Source of the DNA: Oculatellaceae cyanobacterium bins.114
GTDB taxonomy: Bacteria; Cyanobacteriota; Cyanobacteriia; Elainellales; Elainellaceae
Length of the DNA: 18,673 nucleotides
Direction: 5' to 3'
Assembly: GCA_033764315.1 (NCBI GenBank)
Contig: JANRJA010000070.1
Location: 1-18,673, forward strand
Shown here: positions 8,820 to 17,002 of the stretch, one piece after another
Layout of the letters: each line of letters starts with the position of its first letter
Numbering within the stretch: position 1 is the first letter of the stretch
The notes under the pieces: generated by a model
Told to the model about the DNA's origin: nothing
The model's database searches: none
Seen by the model: the letters and a program-made list of their open reading frames with translations, nothing else
Made by a program: the position numbers and the translations under genes

Positions 8820-8924
8820 TATAGCCATCGAAGGGTTAGTTAGGACGGGGTGCAAAGGCGGTGAAACTCCTGGTTACCACAAGCCACCATACCCTTTGTC
8901 TCCACTGTCTTGACAGGTGCCATA
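8820..8924. mobile_element. TATAGC-ended MITE-like repeat, copy 2 (uninterrupted, degenerate)
   Basis: TATAGCC-N12-GTTAGGACGGGGTG shared with the 5577 copy; ends GCCATA, a near inverse of TATAGC. Confidence 0.6.
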
Positions 8925-8930
8925 GACATT

Positions 8931-8956
8931 AAAATACGAAAACAAAATACGAAAAC
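8931..8956 (+). repeat. Perfect 13-bp tandem duplication
   Basis: AAAATACGAAAAC twice, just upstream of a -10-like TAGAAT (8958-8963). Confidence 0.85.
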
Positions 8957-8998
8957 TTAGAATCTTAAGCTAGTCAGCGTATATCACCCTGGAGATTT

Positions 8999-10348
8999 GT
9001 GAAGCAATCCATCCCCATTTATCGCGATCCTCAGCGACTCATGTCTTCCCTGGAATGGGTGTTACTAGGAATTGCAGTCTTAAACGCCATCCTCCCCAGC
9101 CCTTTTAACCCGCCCCCCAACGAAGTCTCTATCTTAAATTTGTTAGTGATTGTGGGGTTCGCTGGGGTTGGATTATTGCCCCGACCACATCAGCCCATTC
9201 GCGTCACCTTGCTAACGGCTCTAGAGTTTGGGTTGATGTGGCTGCCGATCTTGTTAGGGCAATCCATTAGCCTCTCTCCAGCATTACACGTGATTGTGGT
9301 GATTCGTAGTTGTTTGATGTGCCGTTTGCCCGGTCGTCTCTTGACCGCTGGCATCACGTTGGTCTCATTTTTGATGATGTTATGGCTGCATCTGCAATCT
9401 TTTCCTCCTATGCCCCAACTGATTGCTCCGGAGCAGTTGCGGTACACAATCCTAGCCGCTAGCTTAAATATTTCTTTCTCATTTGGGTTGACGTTGTTAT
9501 TTATTTTGTTGTTGATCAACGCTTTGTTGTCAGAGCGTCAGAGCCGCGAAGAATTGGCGATCGCCCATGAGCAACTGCAACACTATGCCCTGCAAATTGA
9601 AAGCCAAGCCACCTTGCAAGAACGCACCCGCATCGCCCGCGAGATTCACGACTCTCTGGGGCACTCCCTCACCGCCCAAATGATTCAACTCGAAAATGTG
9701 TTGCTGTTTTGGCAATCTGACACCACACAAGCTAAGACCTTTTTGTTAGAAGCAAAACGGCTCAGCTTTACAGCACTCCAGGATGTCCGACAGGCGATCG
9801 CCGCGTTGAGGGCTGATCCACTGCGAGGAAAATCACCTGAAACTGCGATCGCCCGACTGATTCAACAATTCCATCAAACAACCGGGTTAATGCCAACTTG
9901 CATGATTGAGGGCTTGGCTCAACTTCCCTCTGAATTGGGCAGTTCGATCTATCGCATTTTGCAAGAAGCCTTGACCAATGTGGCTAAACACAGTGAGGCA
10001 AACCAGGTGATGATTGTGTTGCAAATCAAAGCGGATGTATTGCATCTCATTGTGGAGGATAATGGCAAGGGATTTGACCCTCTGCAAAACACCTCAGGGT
10101 TCGGTTTACAAGGTATGCGAGAACGAACGAGTGCTTTGGGGGGGCAATTTAACACCTTGAGCGAACCCGGTCAGGGATGCCGGGTGACTGCTTATATTCC
10201 GCTATCAGGAGGGTCGCATGATTCGAGTATTGTTAGTAGACGATCAACTCCTCATCCGTCACGGGTTAAAAAGCTTGCTCAACGCCAATTCAGACTTGCA
10301 AGTCGTCGGAGATGTCGAAAATGGTCAACAAGCGATCGCCCAAGTTAA
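8999..10348 (+). CDS. Membrane sensor histidine kinase, HisKA_3 (NarX/DesK/LiaS class)
   Basis: About 5-6 hydrophobic helices, H-box ERTRIAREIHDSLGH, N-box LQEALTNVAKH, G-boxes EDNGKGF, GFGLQGMRER, PGQG. The domain ends near YIPL (~10204) but the frame reads on to 10348. Confidence 0.93.
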   Translation: MKQSIPIYRDPQRLMSSLEWVLLGIAVLNAILPSPFNPPPNEVSILNLLVIVGFAGVGLLPRPHQPIRVTLLTALEFGLMWLPILLGQSISLSPALHVIVVIRSCLMCRLPGRLLTAGITLVSFLMMLWLHLQSFPPMPQLIAPEQLRYTILAASLNISFSFGLTLLFILLLINALLSERQSREELAIAHEQLQHYALQIESQATLQERTRIAREIHDSLGHSLTAQMIQLENVLLFWQSDTTQAKTFLLEAKRLSFTALQDVRQAIAALRADPLRGKSPETAIARLIQQFHQTTGLMPTCMIEGLAQLPSELGSSIYRILQEALTNVAKHSEANQVMIVLQIKADVLHLIVEDNGKGFDPLQNTSGFGLQGMRERTSALGGQFNTLSEPGQGCRVTAYIPLSGGSHDSSIVSRRSTPHPSRVKKLAQRQFRLASRRRCRKWSTSDRPS

Positions 10349-10880
10349 AGCCCTGTGTCCCGATGTCGTGTTGATGGATATTCGCATGCCTGTGATGGAT
10401 GGTGTAGCCGCAACCCAGGCGATTTGCGAGCAGTTTCCAGAAACCCGGGTGTTGATGTTGACCACCTTTGACGATGATGAATATGTGGCTCAAGCGATGC
10501 GTTTTGGGGCAAAGGGATATTTATTAAAAGACACCCCACCCGACGAACTTGCCACCGCCATTCGCTCGATCTACAAAGGCTATACCCACTTAGGACCAGG
10601 ATTATTTGAAAAAGCTGTAGCCAATCCCGGTGGATCAACCATCGATTCGGCCTCCCTGCCGCCGCAGCTATTGCAGTTGACCCCACGCGAGCGAGAAGTT
10701 TTAGACTTGATTGCCAAAGGAGCTAACAATCGCGAAATTGCTGCTGCTTTATGTATCACCGAGAGAACAGTAAAAAACTACGTCACCAAAATCTTGAGTT
10801 GCTTAAATCTGCGCGATCGCACTCAAGCCGCTGTTTTTGCTCACCCCTTTTTATCTCGCACCAACCTATCAGACGACTAG
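10218..10880 (+). CDS. NarL/FixJ-family DNA-binding response regulator
   Basis: MIRVLLVDD, DVVLMDIRMPVMDG, GYLLKD, LuxR HTH LTPREREVL...NREIA...TVKNYV...RDRTQA; SD AGGAGG at 10207-10212. Confidence 0.95.
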   Translation: MIRVLLVDDQLLIRHGLKSLLNANSDLQVVGDVENGQQAIAQVKALCPDVVLMDIRMPVMDGVAATQAICEQFPETRVLMLTTFDDDEYVAQAMRFGAKGYLLKDTPPDELATAIRSIYKGYTHLGPGLFEKAVANPGGSTIDSASLPPQLLQLTPREREVLDLIAKGANNREIAAALCITERTVKNYVTKILSCLNLRDRTQAAVFAHPFLSRTNLSDD

Positions 10881-12502
10881 GAACGCTGCCAAACCCAAAG
10901 TTCTCCAACAACAGGTTGAAACTGACCACCATATTTCGCTAAAAATTCGCGTCTAAAATAGTCGGGCAGATTGAGTAAAAAGATTGGTTGAGATCGATCA
11001 GCAATCGTTGGAACGTTTAAGAAAATTCCGACTTCTACCATTGGCAAGAGGGTAACGGTGTCGTTGAGTAAGTAGCTCAGTGACACTAAATTGGCAGGGT
11101 TATAGCTGTAGCCATCTGTCATTAAAATGGGGTGATTGCTCGTGTTGAGAATTTGAGCAATTTCAGGATGGTGATAGCTCATGATCTTATTCCACCAGGT
11201 ATTAGACTGCGAATGTAGGGTACAAGAAACAATACCTGCGATCGCTAGTACAGCTGACAAGGAGATGCCAATAGCTTGATAAGAGCGTTTTGTTGTGACC
11301 AATAGGTGAGCAATTAGATAGGCGACAGCAATTTGCAACCCCAGTAGAAATGGCAAAAAATAGCGAGTCACCGTCGATCGCTGTCCACCTGATAGGATAT
11401 CTGGCACGATTAAGGGCAGTGATGTCCCCACCAATAATGTCACCACAAACAGCCAAGACGTCTTGGGTGCTTTTTGAATGAAGGAGTAAACGGCATACAT
11501 CTCTAATAGCACCACTGGAATAACAACAAACCAGTTGAACGGTGCATCAGCTACCAATGGGTTCACATCGGCATCCCAAAAAACGCGGATCAGATTTAGC
11601 ATCCACAACTTAACGGTCGTGTCAAAGGGTAAAGAAATTGCAACCCAGCCTGCGGAAGCATTCAAGACATGGGAATACGTTTTCAGGAAATAAAACCAGG
11701 GAGTGAATGCCACAACCGCGATCGCCCCTGTCAGCAAAAATGCGATCGCTCGTCTAGTGAGTTGCCACTGAATCTGGAACCCATCCTCAACAGATTGGAT
11801 CTGAGTGGGCTGAGTGCAGATGATATAAATTCCATGACCAAACGCCACCAAAGCAGAAAAGACCGCTGTGTAAAACGACAGAATTAACGTGATTCCATAT
11901 AACGCCCAGTTCTGCCATCGATCACCTCGAATTGCCCGAAGCAACGCCGCACTACTCAACAACGTCAAAGCCGTCAGCAGGCTATATTCTCGTGCCTCCT
12001 GAGCATATACCACATGGATTGGGGAGATAGCTAAAAGGGCGATCGCCACCCATCCCACCACCGGAGACGCAAATAACTCCCAACACAGCCAATAGACCGC
12101 CGGAAAAACCAGCAAACTCAAAACTGCCGCGAAACTGCGAGTGACCCAAATCGAGTCCCCCCAAGCCCGCATCCAAAAGTGCATGAACAGATAAAACAAC
12201 GGGGGATGCTGCGGATCTTCACTTCCGATGCCAAAAATGAGTTGCGATAATGTCCGGGTGGGGTCAATGTGCTGATACGCTAACAAGGTTGAGGGAACGG
12301 TTTCCTTGCCAATAAATAGGTCTTCTTTAAGCTCTGATCCAGTGTGTGCTGTTGCCTCAAGCGACGTAAAGACTTCGTCATGCCAATAAACTTGCCGATC
12401 CAAATGACTAAATCGAAACAGAATACCAATCCCTAAGAGAACAAGGACTGTCCATTTTAAGAACACTGGAATAGACTTTGCAGTGACAGGCTTGATCTCC
12501 AT
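10877..12502 (-). CDS. GT39/PMT-like integral membrane glycosyltransferase (GT-C fold)
   Basis: YWHDEVFT acidic motif after TM1, QHPPLFYL, SPIHVVYAQEAREYSL, RYFLP, many TM helices. Start set at ATG 12502 (AGAGGGG SD), 13 nt after the upstream TPR stop. Confidence 0.85.
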   Translation of the reverse strand: MEIKPVTAKSIPVFLKWTVLVLLGIGILFRFSHLDRQVYWHDEVFTSLEATAHTGSELKEDLFIGKETVPSTLLAYQHIDPTRTLSQLIFGIGSEDPQHPPLFYLFMHFWMRAWGDSIWVTRSFAAVLSLLVFPAVYWLCWELFASPVVGWVAIALLAISPIHVVYAQEAREYSLLTALTLLSSAALLRAIRGDRWQNWALYGITLILSFYTAVFSALVAFGHGIYIICTQPTQIQSVEDGFQIQWQLTRRAIAFLLTGAIAVVAFTPWFYFLKTYSHVLNASAGWVAISLPFDTTVKLWMLNLIRVFWDADVNPLVADAPFNWFVVIPVVLLEMYAVYSFIQKAPKTSWLFVVTLLVGTSLPLIVPDILSGGQRSTVTRYFLPFLLGLQIAVAYLIAHLLVTTKRSYQAIGISLSAVLAIAGIVSCTLHSQSNTWWNKIMSYHHPEIAQILNTSNHPILMTDGYSYNPANLVSLSYLLNDTVTLLPMVEVGIFLNVPTIADRSQPIFLLNLPDYFRREFLAKYGGQFQPVVGELWVWQRS

Positions 12503-12515
12503 AGTGGCATCCCCT

Positions 12516-13355
12516 CTAGAAACGCTGAGATAACGGTCGTTGATTGACTGAAACATTTTGCAGTTGAGCGAGTAAAGCATGAGCCTCTGCAAAATTAGGC
12601 ACTAATGCCAAAGCTTGCTTGACTGCGTCGATCGCCTCTTCAGGACGGTCTGAGACGGCTAACACCAGACCTTTGTAATACCACACCTCAGCATTGTTGG
12701 GGTTGATGGCAAGGGCTCGATCAAACGAAGCGATCGCCTCTGAATACCGTTGCAGTTGTCCCAACACAAAACCTCGCTGATACCAGGTATATTCATCTTC
12801 TGGCTCGATCCGCAAAGCTTGATTAAACGAGCTTAAGGACTGTTCATATCGCTCTAACCGCAGCAACGTAACGCCCTGATGATACCAGGCATCAAAACGG
12901 GTCGCATCTAATTGAATAGCTCGATTGTAAGACGCTAATGCTTGTTCAGGAAAGCCATTTTCATCGGTTGTCATCCCTAAACCAACCCAGGCACCATACA
13001 AATTATTGTCAAGGCGCACCGCCTGCTGAAAGGCAGTGACAGCGTCGCTATAACGCCCCAAAGCATTAAGGGCATAACCGCGCCCCATCCACACAGGTGC
13101 GATCGTGCGATCGAGTTGAATGGCCCGATCAAAAGCCGTCAAAGCAGTCTCATAATCTTCAACCTCTAAGGCATTGACCCCCTGTTCAATAGCCTCCCGA
13201 ATTAGCTCTTCAGAGCTACTTTGAGCGGATTGAGACGGCATCACCATTACATTTTGAACGGGTTTTGGTTCGCGAGTGGCAGAGGCTGTGAGGGGAGTTG
13301 CGATCGTAGTAACCAACACCACGCCGAGCATTAATCCAGTGTGTAGTAGTTTCAT
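12516..13355 (-). CDS. Exported tetratricopeptide-repeat protein (about 6 TPRs)
   Basis: Signal peptide ending ASA; 34-aa repeats with W..[RLQK]G..L...A...[FY].[RQ]A. Confidence 0.9.
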   Translation of the reverse strand: MKLLHTGLMLGVVLVTTIATPLTASATREPKPVQNVMVMPSQSAQSSSEELIREAIEQGVNALEVEDYETALTAFDRAIQLDRTIAPVWMGRGYALNALGRYSDAVTAFQQAVRLDNNLYGAWVGLGMTTDENGFPEQALASYNRAIQLDATRFDAWYHQGVTLLRLERYEQSLSSFNQALRIEPEDEYTWYQRGFVLGQLQRYSEAIASFDRALAINPNNAEVWYYKGLVLAVSDRPEEAIDAVKQALALVPNFAEAHALLAQLQNVSVNQRPLSQRF

Positions 13356-13561
13356 CGGGAGGTTCCTGAATGTTTCTACTTCTATGTATTTATAGGCATT
13401 AACCAGGTATGCAGACTCAACTAGGGTTCAACTTGACGCTATTACCATTGAGCCAAAAGCTGATGAGGAAGCCATTAGCCTTCGGTCTTTGTAAAGGCAG
13501 ATGAATGATTGAAGACTTCCTCGTTAAACTATGAGCAGTAGTAATCCCTGTCTCACCGATC

Positions 13562-14464
13562 ATGTCTACCCTGGATAACCTTCCGCAGGTTGATATGGCT
13601 AAACATACCCACCCTGCCCTTGTAGCTCGTCCTATTTTGTCGAGTGAACAGTCGAGGTGGAACGGTATTTTCTTTCAGCATTATGACCACCCTGCCCATC
13701 AAAGCCCTGACCATCAGTGGACGCAGCATATTATTGGGATTACGGGACGCAGTGGGCATCCAGTTGAGTCCGAACATCAGATTGGGGGGCAATTTCAAAA
13801 CTGTTTCTGCAAATCAGGTGAAATGCTGCTTATCCCCGCTGGAGTTCAATACGCATCGCTTTGGCATGAGGCGGGTGAATTTTCACTGCTGGGCTTTTCG
13901 CCCAAGTTTTTTGAGCAAGTTGCTTACGAATCGATGCGAATGAAGCGGATCGAATTGCTTCCCCACATTGGCATCAGTGATCCGCTCGTACAGCAGATTG
14001 GACTGGCTCTGAAAGTGGATGTTGAAGCAAACCATCCTGCTGGTCGAATATTTGGGGAATCGCTCGCGACTGGATTAGTGATTCATCTGCTAAGACAGTA
14101 CTCAGCTTGGCATGCTCAATCTGAGCCAGCCCACAAAGGTCAGTTGTCGGAGCATCAGCTACAGAAGGTGTTTGATTACATCCAAGAGCGTCTTGACCAA
14201 GATGTTGCTTTATCAGAGATCGCAGGGGTACTGAATTTAAGTCAGTATCACTTCTGTCGTTTATTTAAGCAGTCAATTGGTGTTGCGCCTCATCAATATT
14301 TGACTTGTTGTCGCATTGATCGTGCGAAGCAATTGTTGCTGACTACTCAACAAACAATTACTGAAATTGCATTTGCAGTTGGTTTCAGCAACCATAGTTC
14401 GTTTACCAGGCTCTTTCGCCGGTCTGTTGGAATGACCCCCAAAGAATTTAGGACATTATCGTAG
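13562..14464 (+). CDS. AraC/XylS-family transcriptional regulator
   Basis: C-terminal double HTH LSQYHFCRLFKQSIGVAPHQYL...RIDRAKQLL...ITEIAFAVGFSNHSSFTRLFRR..GMTPKEFR; N-terminal cupin-like region. Confidence 0.95.
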   Translation: MSTLDNLPQVDMAKHTHPALVARPILSSEQSRWNGIFFQHYDHPAHQSPDHQWTQHIIGITGRSGHPVESEHQIGGQFQNCFCKSGEMLLIPAGVQYASLWHEAGEFSLLGFSPKFFEQVAYESMRMKRIELLPHIGISDPLVQQIGLALKVDVEANHPAGRIFGESLATGLVIHLLRQYSAWHAQSEPAHKGQLSEHQLQKVFDYIQERLDQDVALSEIAGVLNLSQYHFCRLFKQSIGVAPHQYLTCCRIDRAKQLLLTTQQTITEIAFAVGFSNHSSFTRLFRRSVGMTPKEFRTLS

Positions 14465-14469
14465 TAAGT

Positions 14470-14534
14470 TGAGCAAGATTTGCATACCCTGAGCAAATCT
14501 GGTCAAGCTTTAGGTGAGGGGCGATCGCTACACT
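14470..14534 (+). promoter_or_regulatory. Putative AraC-activated promoter
   Basis: Direct repeat TGAGCAA at 14470 and 14490 (20-bp period), the second unit abutting the -35 zone; -10-like TACACT at 14529-14534. Confidence 0.6.
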
Positions 14535-14563
14535 CAGCATATCAATGGCAAGGAGTAATGCTG

Positions 14564-15196
14564 ATGACAGCCCTAATTGATCCGAATGTTGCTACGTTTA
14601 TCAATGTATTTACAGTCGAACCATCCAAACAGAACACTTTGGTTCATCGCATTAAATCAGATGCAGAAACTTTAATCAGTCGGCAAGCTGGATTTATCAA
14701 AGCGACTATCCACCGTAGTTTAGATAGTTCTAGAGTGGTCAATGTTGTGCAATGGGAAAGCGTGGAAGCAAGTCGGGAAATTCACCACAATCCAGAAATT
14801 GCGGCTGGGTTTGCTAGTTATCAAGAGCTGAATGTTCAGATGGATTTGCGCTACTACGAAACAGCGTTAACGACAAGACAACATCCCCTGAGTTTAAGTG
14901 ACGACTCTTTAGTAGCTCAAATCGATGTACTGCATGTAGCACCTGAAAATCAACAATTTCTGTTAGAACAACTAACCCACCGTTCTACCTCAGCGATCGC
15001 TTCGCAAACGGCAGATGATTCAACCACAATATTGCGGAGCCTAGATGGTAGTCGAGTGATTCGTTTTCACGACTTACACCAAAGTAACGATGTTGGAAAT
15101 ACTACGCCAAACTCCCATCAGATTATTGCTACTCAGAATTTGATTGAGCAAGTGGATTCTAATTGTTATCAGGTTGAGTGCATTGTAGCGAAATAG
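14564..15196 (+). CDS. Antibiotic biosynthesis monooxygenase (ABM)-family protein with two tandem domains
   Basis: FINVFTVEPSKQ...QAGFIKATIHRSLDSSRVVNVVQWES; second divergent copy QIDVLHVAPENQ...ILRSLDGSRVI. Start chosen 8 nt after AGGAG (14551-14555). Confidence 0.82.
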   Translation: MTALIDPNVATFINVFTVEPSKQNTLVHRIKSDAETLISRQAGFIKATIHRSLDSSRVVNVVQWESVEASREIHHNPEIAAGFASYQELNVQMDLRYYETALTTRQHPLSLSDDSLVAQIDVLHVAPENQQFLLEQLTHRSTSAIASQTADDSTTILRSLDGSRVIRFHDLHQSNDVGNTTPNSHQIIATQNLIEQVDSNCYQVECIVAK

Positions 15197-15251
15197 AGTT
15201 TGCCAACGTAACTCTACACGTGAATTCATTGTCACAACTAATTGAAAACTT

Positions 15252-15328
15252 GGTAGTCCTAAACAAGGATATGCCACGTTCCGCATGGCATATCCTTACT
15301 CAAAAATCATTACTTTTAGAGGATTACC
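15252..15328 (-). mobile_element. 77-bp MITE, copy B (inverted relative to copy A)
   Basis: Ends GGTAGTCC...GGATTACC; 8-bp direct repeat GAAAACTT at 15244-15251 and 15329-15336; reverse complement nearly identical to 5601-5678 over the first ~42 nt. Confidence 0.88.
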
Positions 15329-15359
15329 GAAAACTTAATTTCTGTCGAAGGAGATTTCA

Positions 15360-15938
15360 ATGACAGTACTTGAAACTGGTAAAGAGGTATCGCCTAACCC
15401 AATGCAGAAGAATAAGAAACCTTTCAAGTTAAACCTGCAACAGAAGAATTGGGTTTTATCATTTCATATTGGTTTTGCTACATTGTGGACTGGAGCAGTT
15501 GTCAGCATGTTTTTGATTGCATCCAGGAATAACAGTACAGGAAGTGCCGACATTCTCTTTGCACTCAGTTCAGTGATTAATTTACTGGATGATTTCATTG
15601 TGATTCCTGCGGCGATCGGCTCAGTTGTGACAGCGACCATCCTTTGTTGGCAAACAAACTACGGTTTCTTCAAATTTTACTGGGTGATCATCAAATGGAT
15701 CTTGACAACAGGATTAATGATTTTTGGAACCTTTTGGTTATTTCCCTGGGGCAATATGGCTGAGGATCTTGCATTATCAGAAGGTTTAAATGCATTGAAA
15801 AATCCTGTGTACGTGTTTGATGCAAGGGGTGTGTTGATTGGGTCAGTGGTTCAAGCTTCACTACTATTTATCATCATTGTGATTTCAACACTTAAACCCT
15901 GGGGAAGGCGAGTTGTCAAGCAATCTAGAGAAGCGTAG
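15360..15938 (+). CDS. Four-TM membrane protein, DUF2269-like
   Basis: LSFHIGFATLWTG, TNYGFFKFYWVIIKWILT, C-terminal ISTLKPWG; SD AAGGAG upstream. Confidence 0.72.
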   Translation: MTVLETGKEVSPNPMQKNKKPFKLNLQQKNWVLSFHIGFATLWTGAVVSMFLIASRNNSTGSADILFALSSVINLLDDFIVIPAAIGSVVTATILCWQTNYGFFKFYWVIIKWILTTGLMIFGTFWLFPWGNMAEDLALSEGLNALKNPVYVFDARGVLIGSVVQASLLFIIIVISTLKPWGRRVVKQSREA

Positions 15939-15980
15939 GCAACCACTTTAGATCATGCCAGTCACTTTAAAGTATTCAGC

Positions 15981-16008
15981 AAAAAAAGGTTGAGAGAATC
16001 TCACCTTT
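15981..16008 (-). terminator. Intrinsic terminator downstream of lysR
   Basis: Hairpin AAAGG(T)TGAGA-gaa-TCTCACCTTT with A7 on its left, read as a U-tract on the minus strand; directly after the LysR stop. Confidence 0.6.
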
Positions 16009-16902
16009 CTACCGAGTGAATTGCGTGACCAAGAATTCAAGAAAGGCTTGCACACGGGGTGAGAGATTGCGTTTGTGTGTGTAAACGGCTTGGATGACCC
16101 GACTGGGTAACAGCTCATCGTCAAACAGTTTTCTAAGGCGTTTGTTCTGAAGTTCAGATTCAACCTGAAACTCTAGAACTCGAATAATCCCAACGTGTGA
16201 CAGGGCTGCTAATCGCAATACATCTCCATTGTCTGAATCGAGTGTTCCGGTGACTGCAATATCCTGTGATTCACCATTCATCACAAACATCCAGGGTAAG
16301 GGATGTCCATTACTCACAAAACGTAAGCAGTTGTGGTTGACCAACTGTTCCGGTGCTTTGGGGGTTCCATGCGCTTTCAGGTAAGTCGGTGAAGCACAAA
16401 CCACATAGGAGACTTCGCCCAAGTGTTTGCGAATCAAACTGGAGTCTTCCAAAGTTCCCATCCGGATTGCCACATCAATTCCTTCTTCTACCAAATCGAC
16501 AAAGCGATCGCTCAATCGCAAATCGATCTGCACCTCTGGATATTGTGCTAAAAAGTCAGGCATCCAATGAGCCAGAACTAATCTGCCAAAATCCAGAGGC
16601 GCAGAAATGGTGAGCTTTCCACGCGGTTTTCCTCGCGTCATGATCAAGTCGTTCGCGTCTTCTAATTCCGTTAACAAGCGAGATACCCGTTCGTAGTAAG
16701 CGGTTCCCTCTGTGGTTAAGTTGAGCGATCGCGTGGTTCGTTGCAGCAATCGCACATTCAGGCGATCTTCTAATTTCGCCACTCGTTTACTCACAGCAGA
16801 AGGGGTTGTGTTCAGGCTTCGAGCCGCAGCACTAAAACTTCCTGTTTGTACGCTTTGAACAAAGGCGATCAGTTCTGGAAGCTGATTGAGGATGGTTGTC
16901 AT
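16009..16902 (-). CDS. LysR-family regulator (CrgA/DmlR-like)
   Basis: GSFSAAARSLNTTPSAVSKRVAKLEDRLNVRLLQRTTRSLNLTTEG; DLVEEGIDVAIR; SPRVQAFLEFL. Confidence 0.95.
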   Translation of the reverse strand: MTTILNQLPELIAFVQSVQTGSFSAAARSLNTTPSAVSKRVAKLEDRLNVRLLQRTTRSLNLTTEGTAYYERVSRLLTELEDANDLIMTRGKPRGKLTISAPLDFGRLVLAHWMPDFLAQYPEVQIDLRLSDRFVDLVEEGIDVAIRMGTLEDSSLIRKHLGEVSYVVCASPTYLKAHGTPKAPEQLVNHNCLRFVSNGHPLPWMFVMNGESQDIAVTGTLDSDNGDVLRLAALSHVGIIRVLEFQVESELQNKRLRKLFDDELLPSRVIQAVYTHKRNLSPRVQAFLEFLVTQFTR

Positions 16903-16923
16903 TTTAGAGTTTTAGGCACAAAT
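16901..16923. promoter_or_regulatory. Possible LysR autoregulatory site in the divergent promoter
   Basis: Imperfect dyad ATTTTAGAGTTTTAGGCACAAAT overlapping the lysR start, the usual LTTR arrangement. Confidence 0.3.
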
Positions 16924-17002
16924 GTTTTGCCGATTTGCATACTTCTCTTCTATTACAGCAAAGATTACTGTGAAAGAAGTTCTTGAAGTAAATCAGAGGC
17001 AA

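Noticed and set aside
12503-12592. Longer GT39 N-terminus from the ORF track
   Set aside because: Overlaps the TPR gene; ATG 12502 has a good SD.
14480-14563. Longer ABM N-terminus (TTG start)
   Set aside because: Runs through the AraC site and -10 element; the SD points to 14558/14564.
15178-15363. 61-aa ORF between ABM and DUF2269-like genes
   Set aside because: Mostly MITE sequence, no SD, no recognisable motif.
16922-17002. Longer qor N-terminus
   Set aside because: Covers the divergent promoter; family homology starts at MKAIQI.
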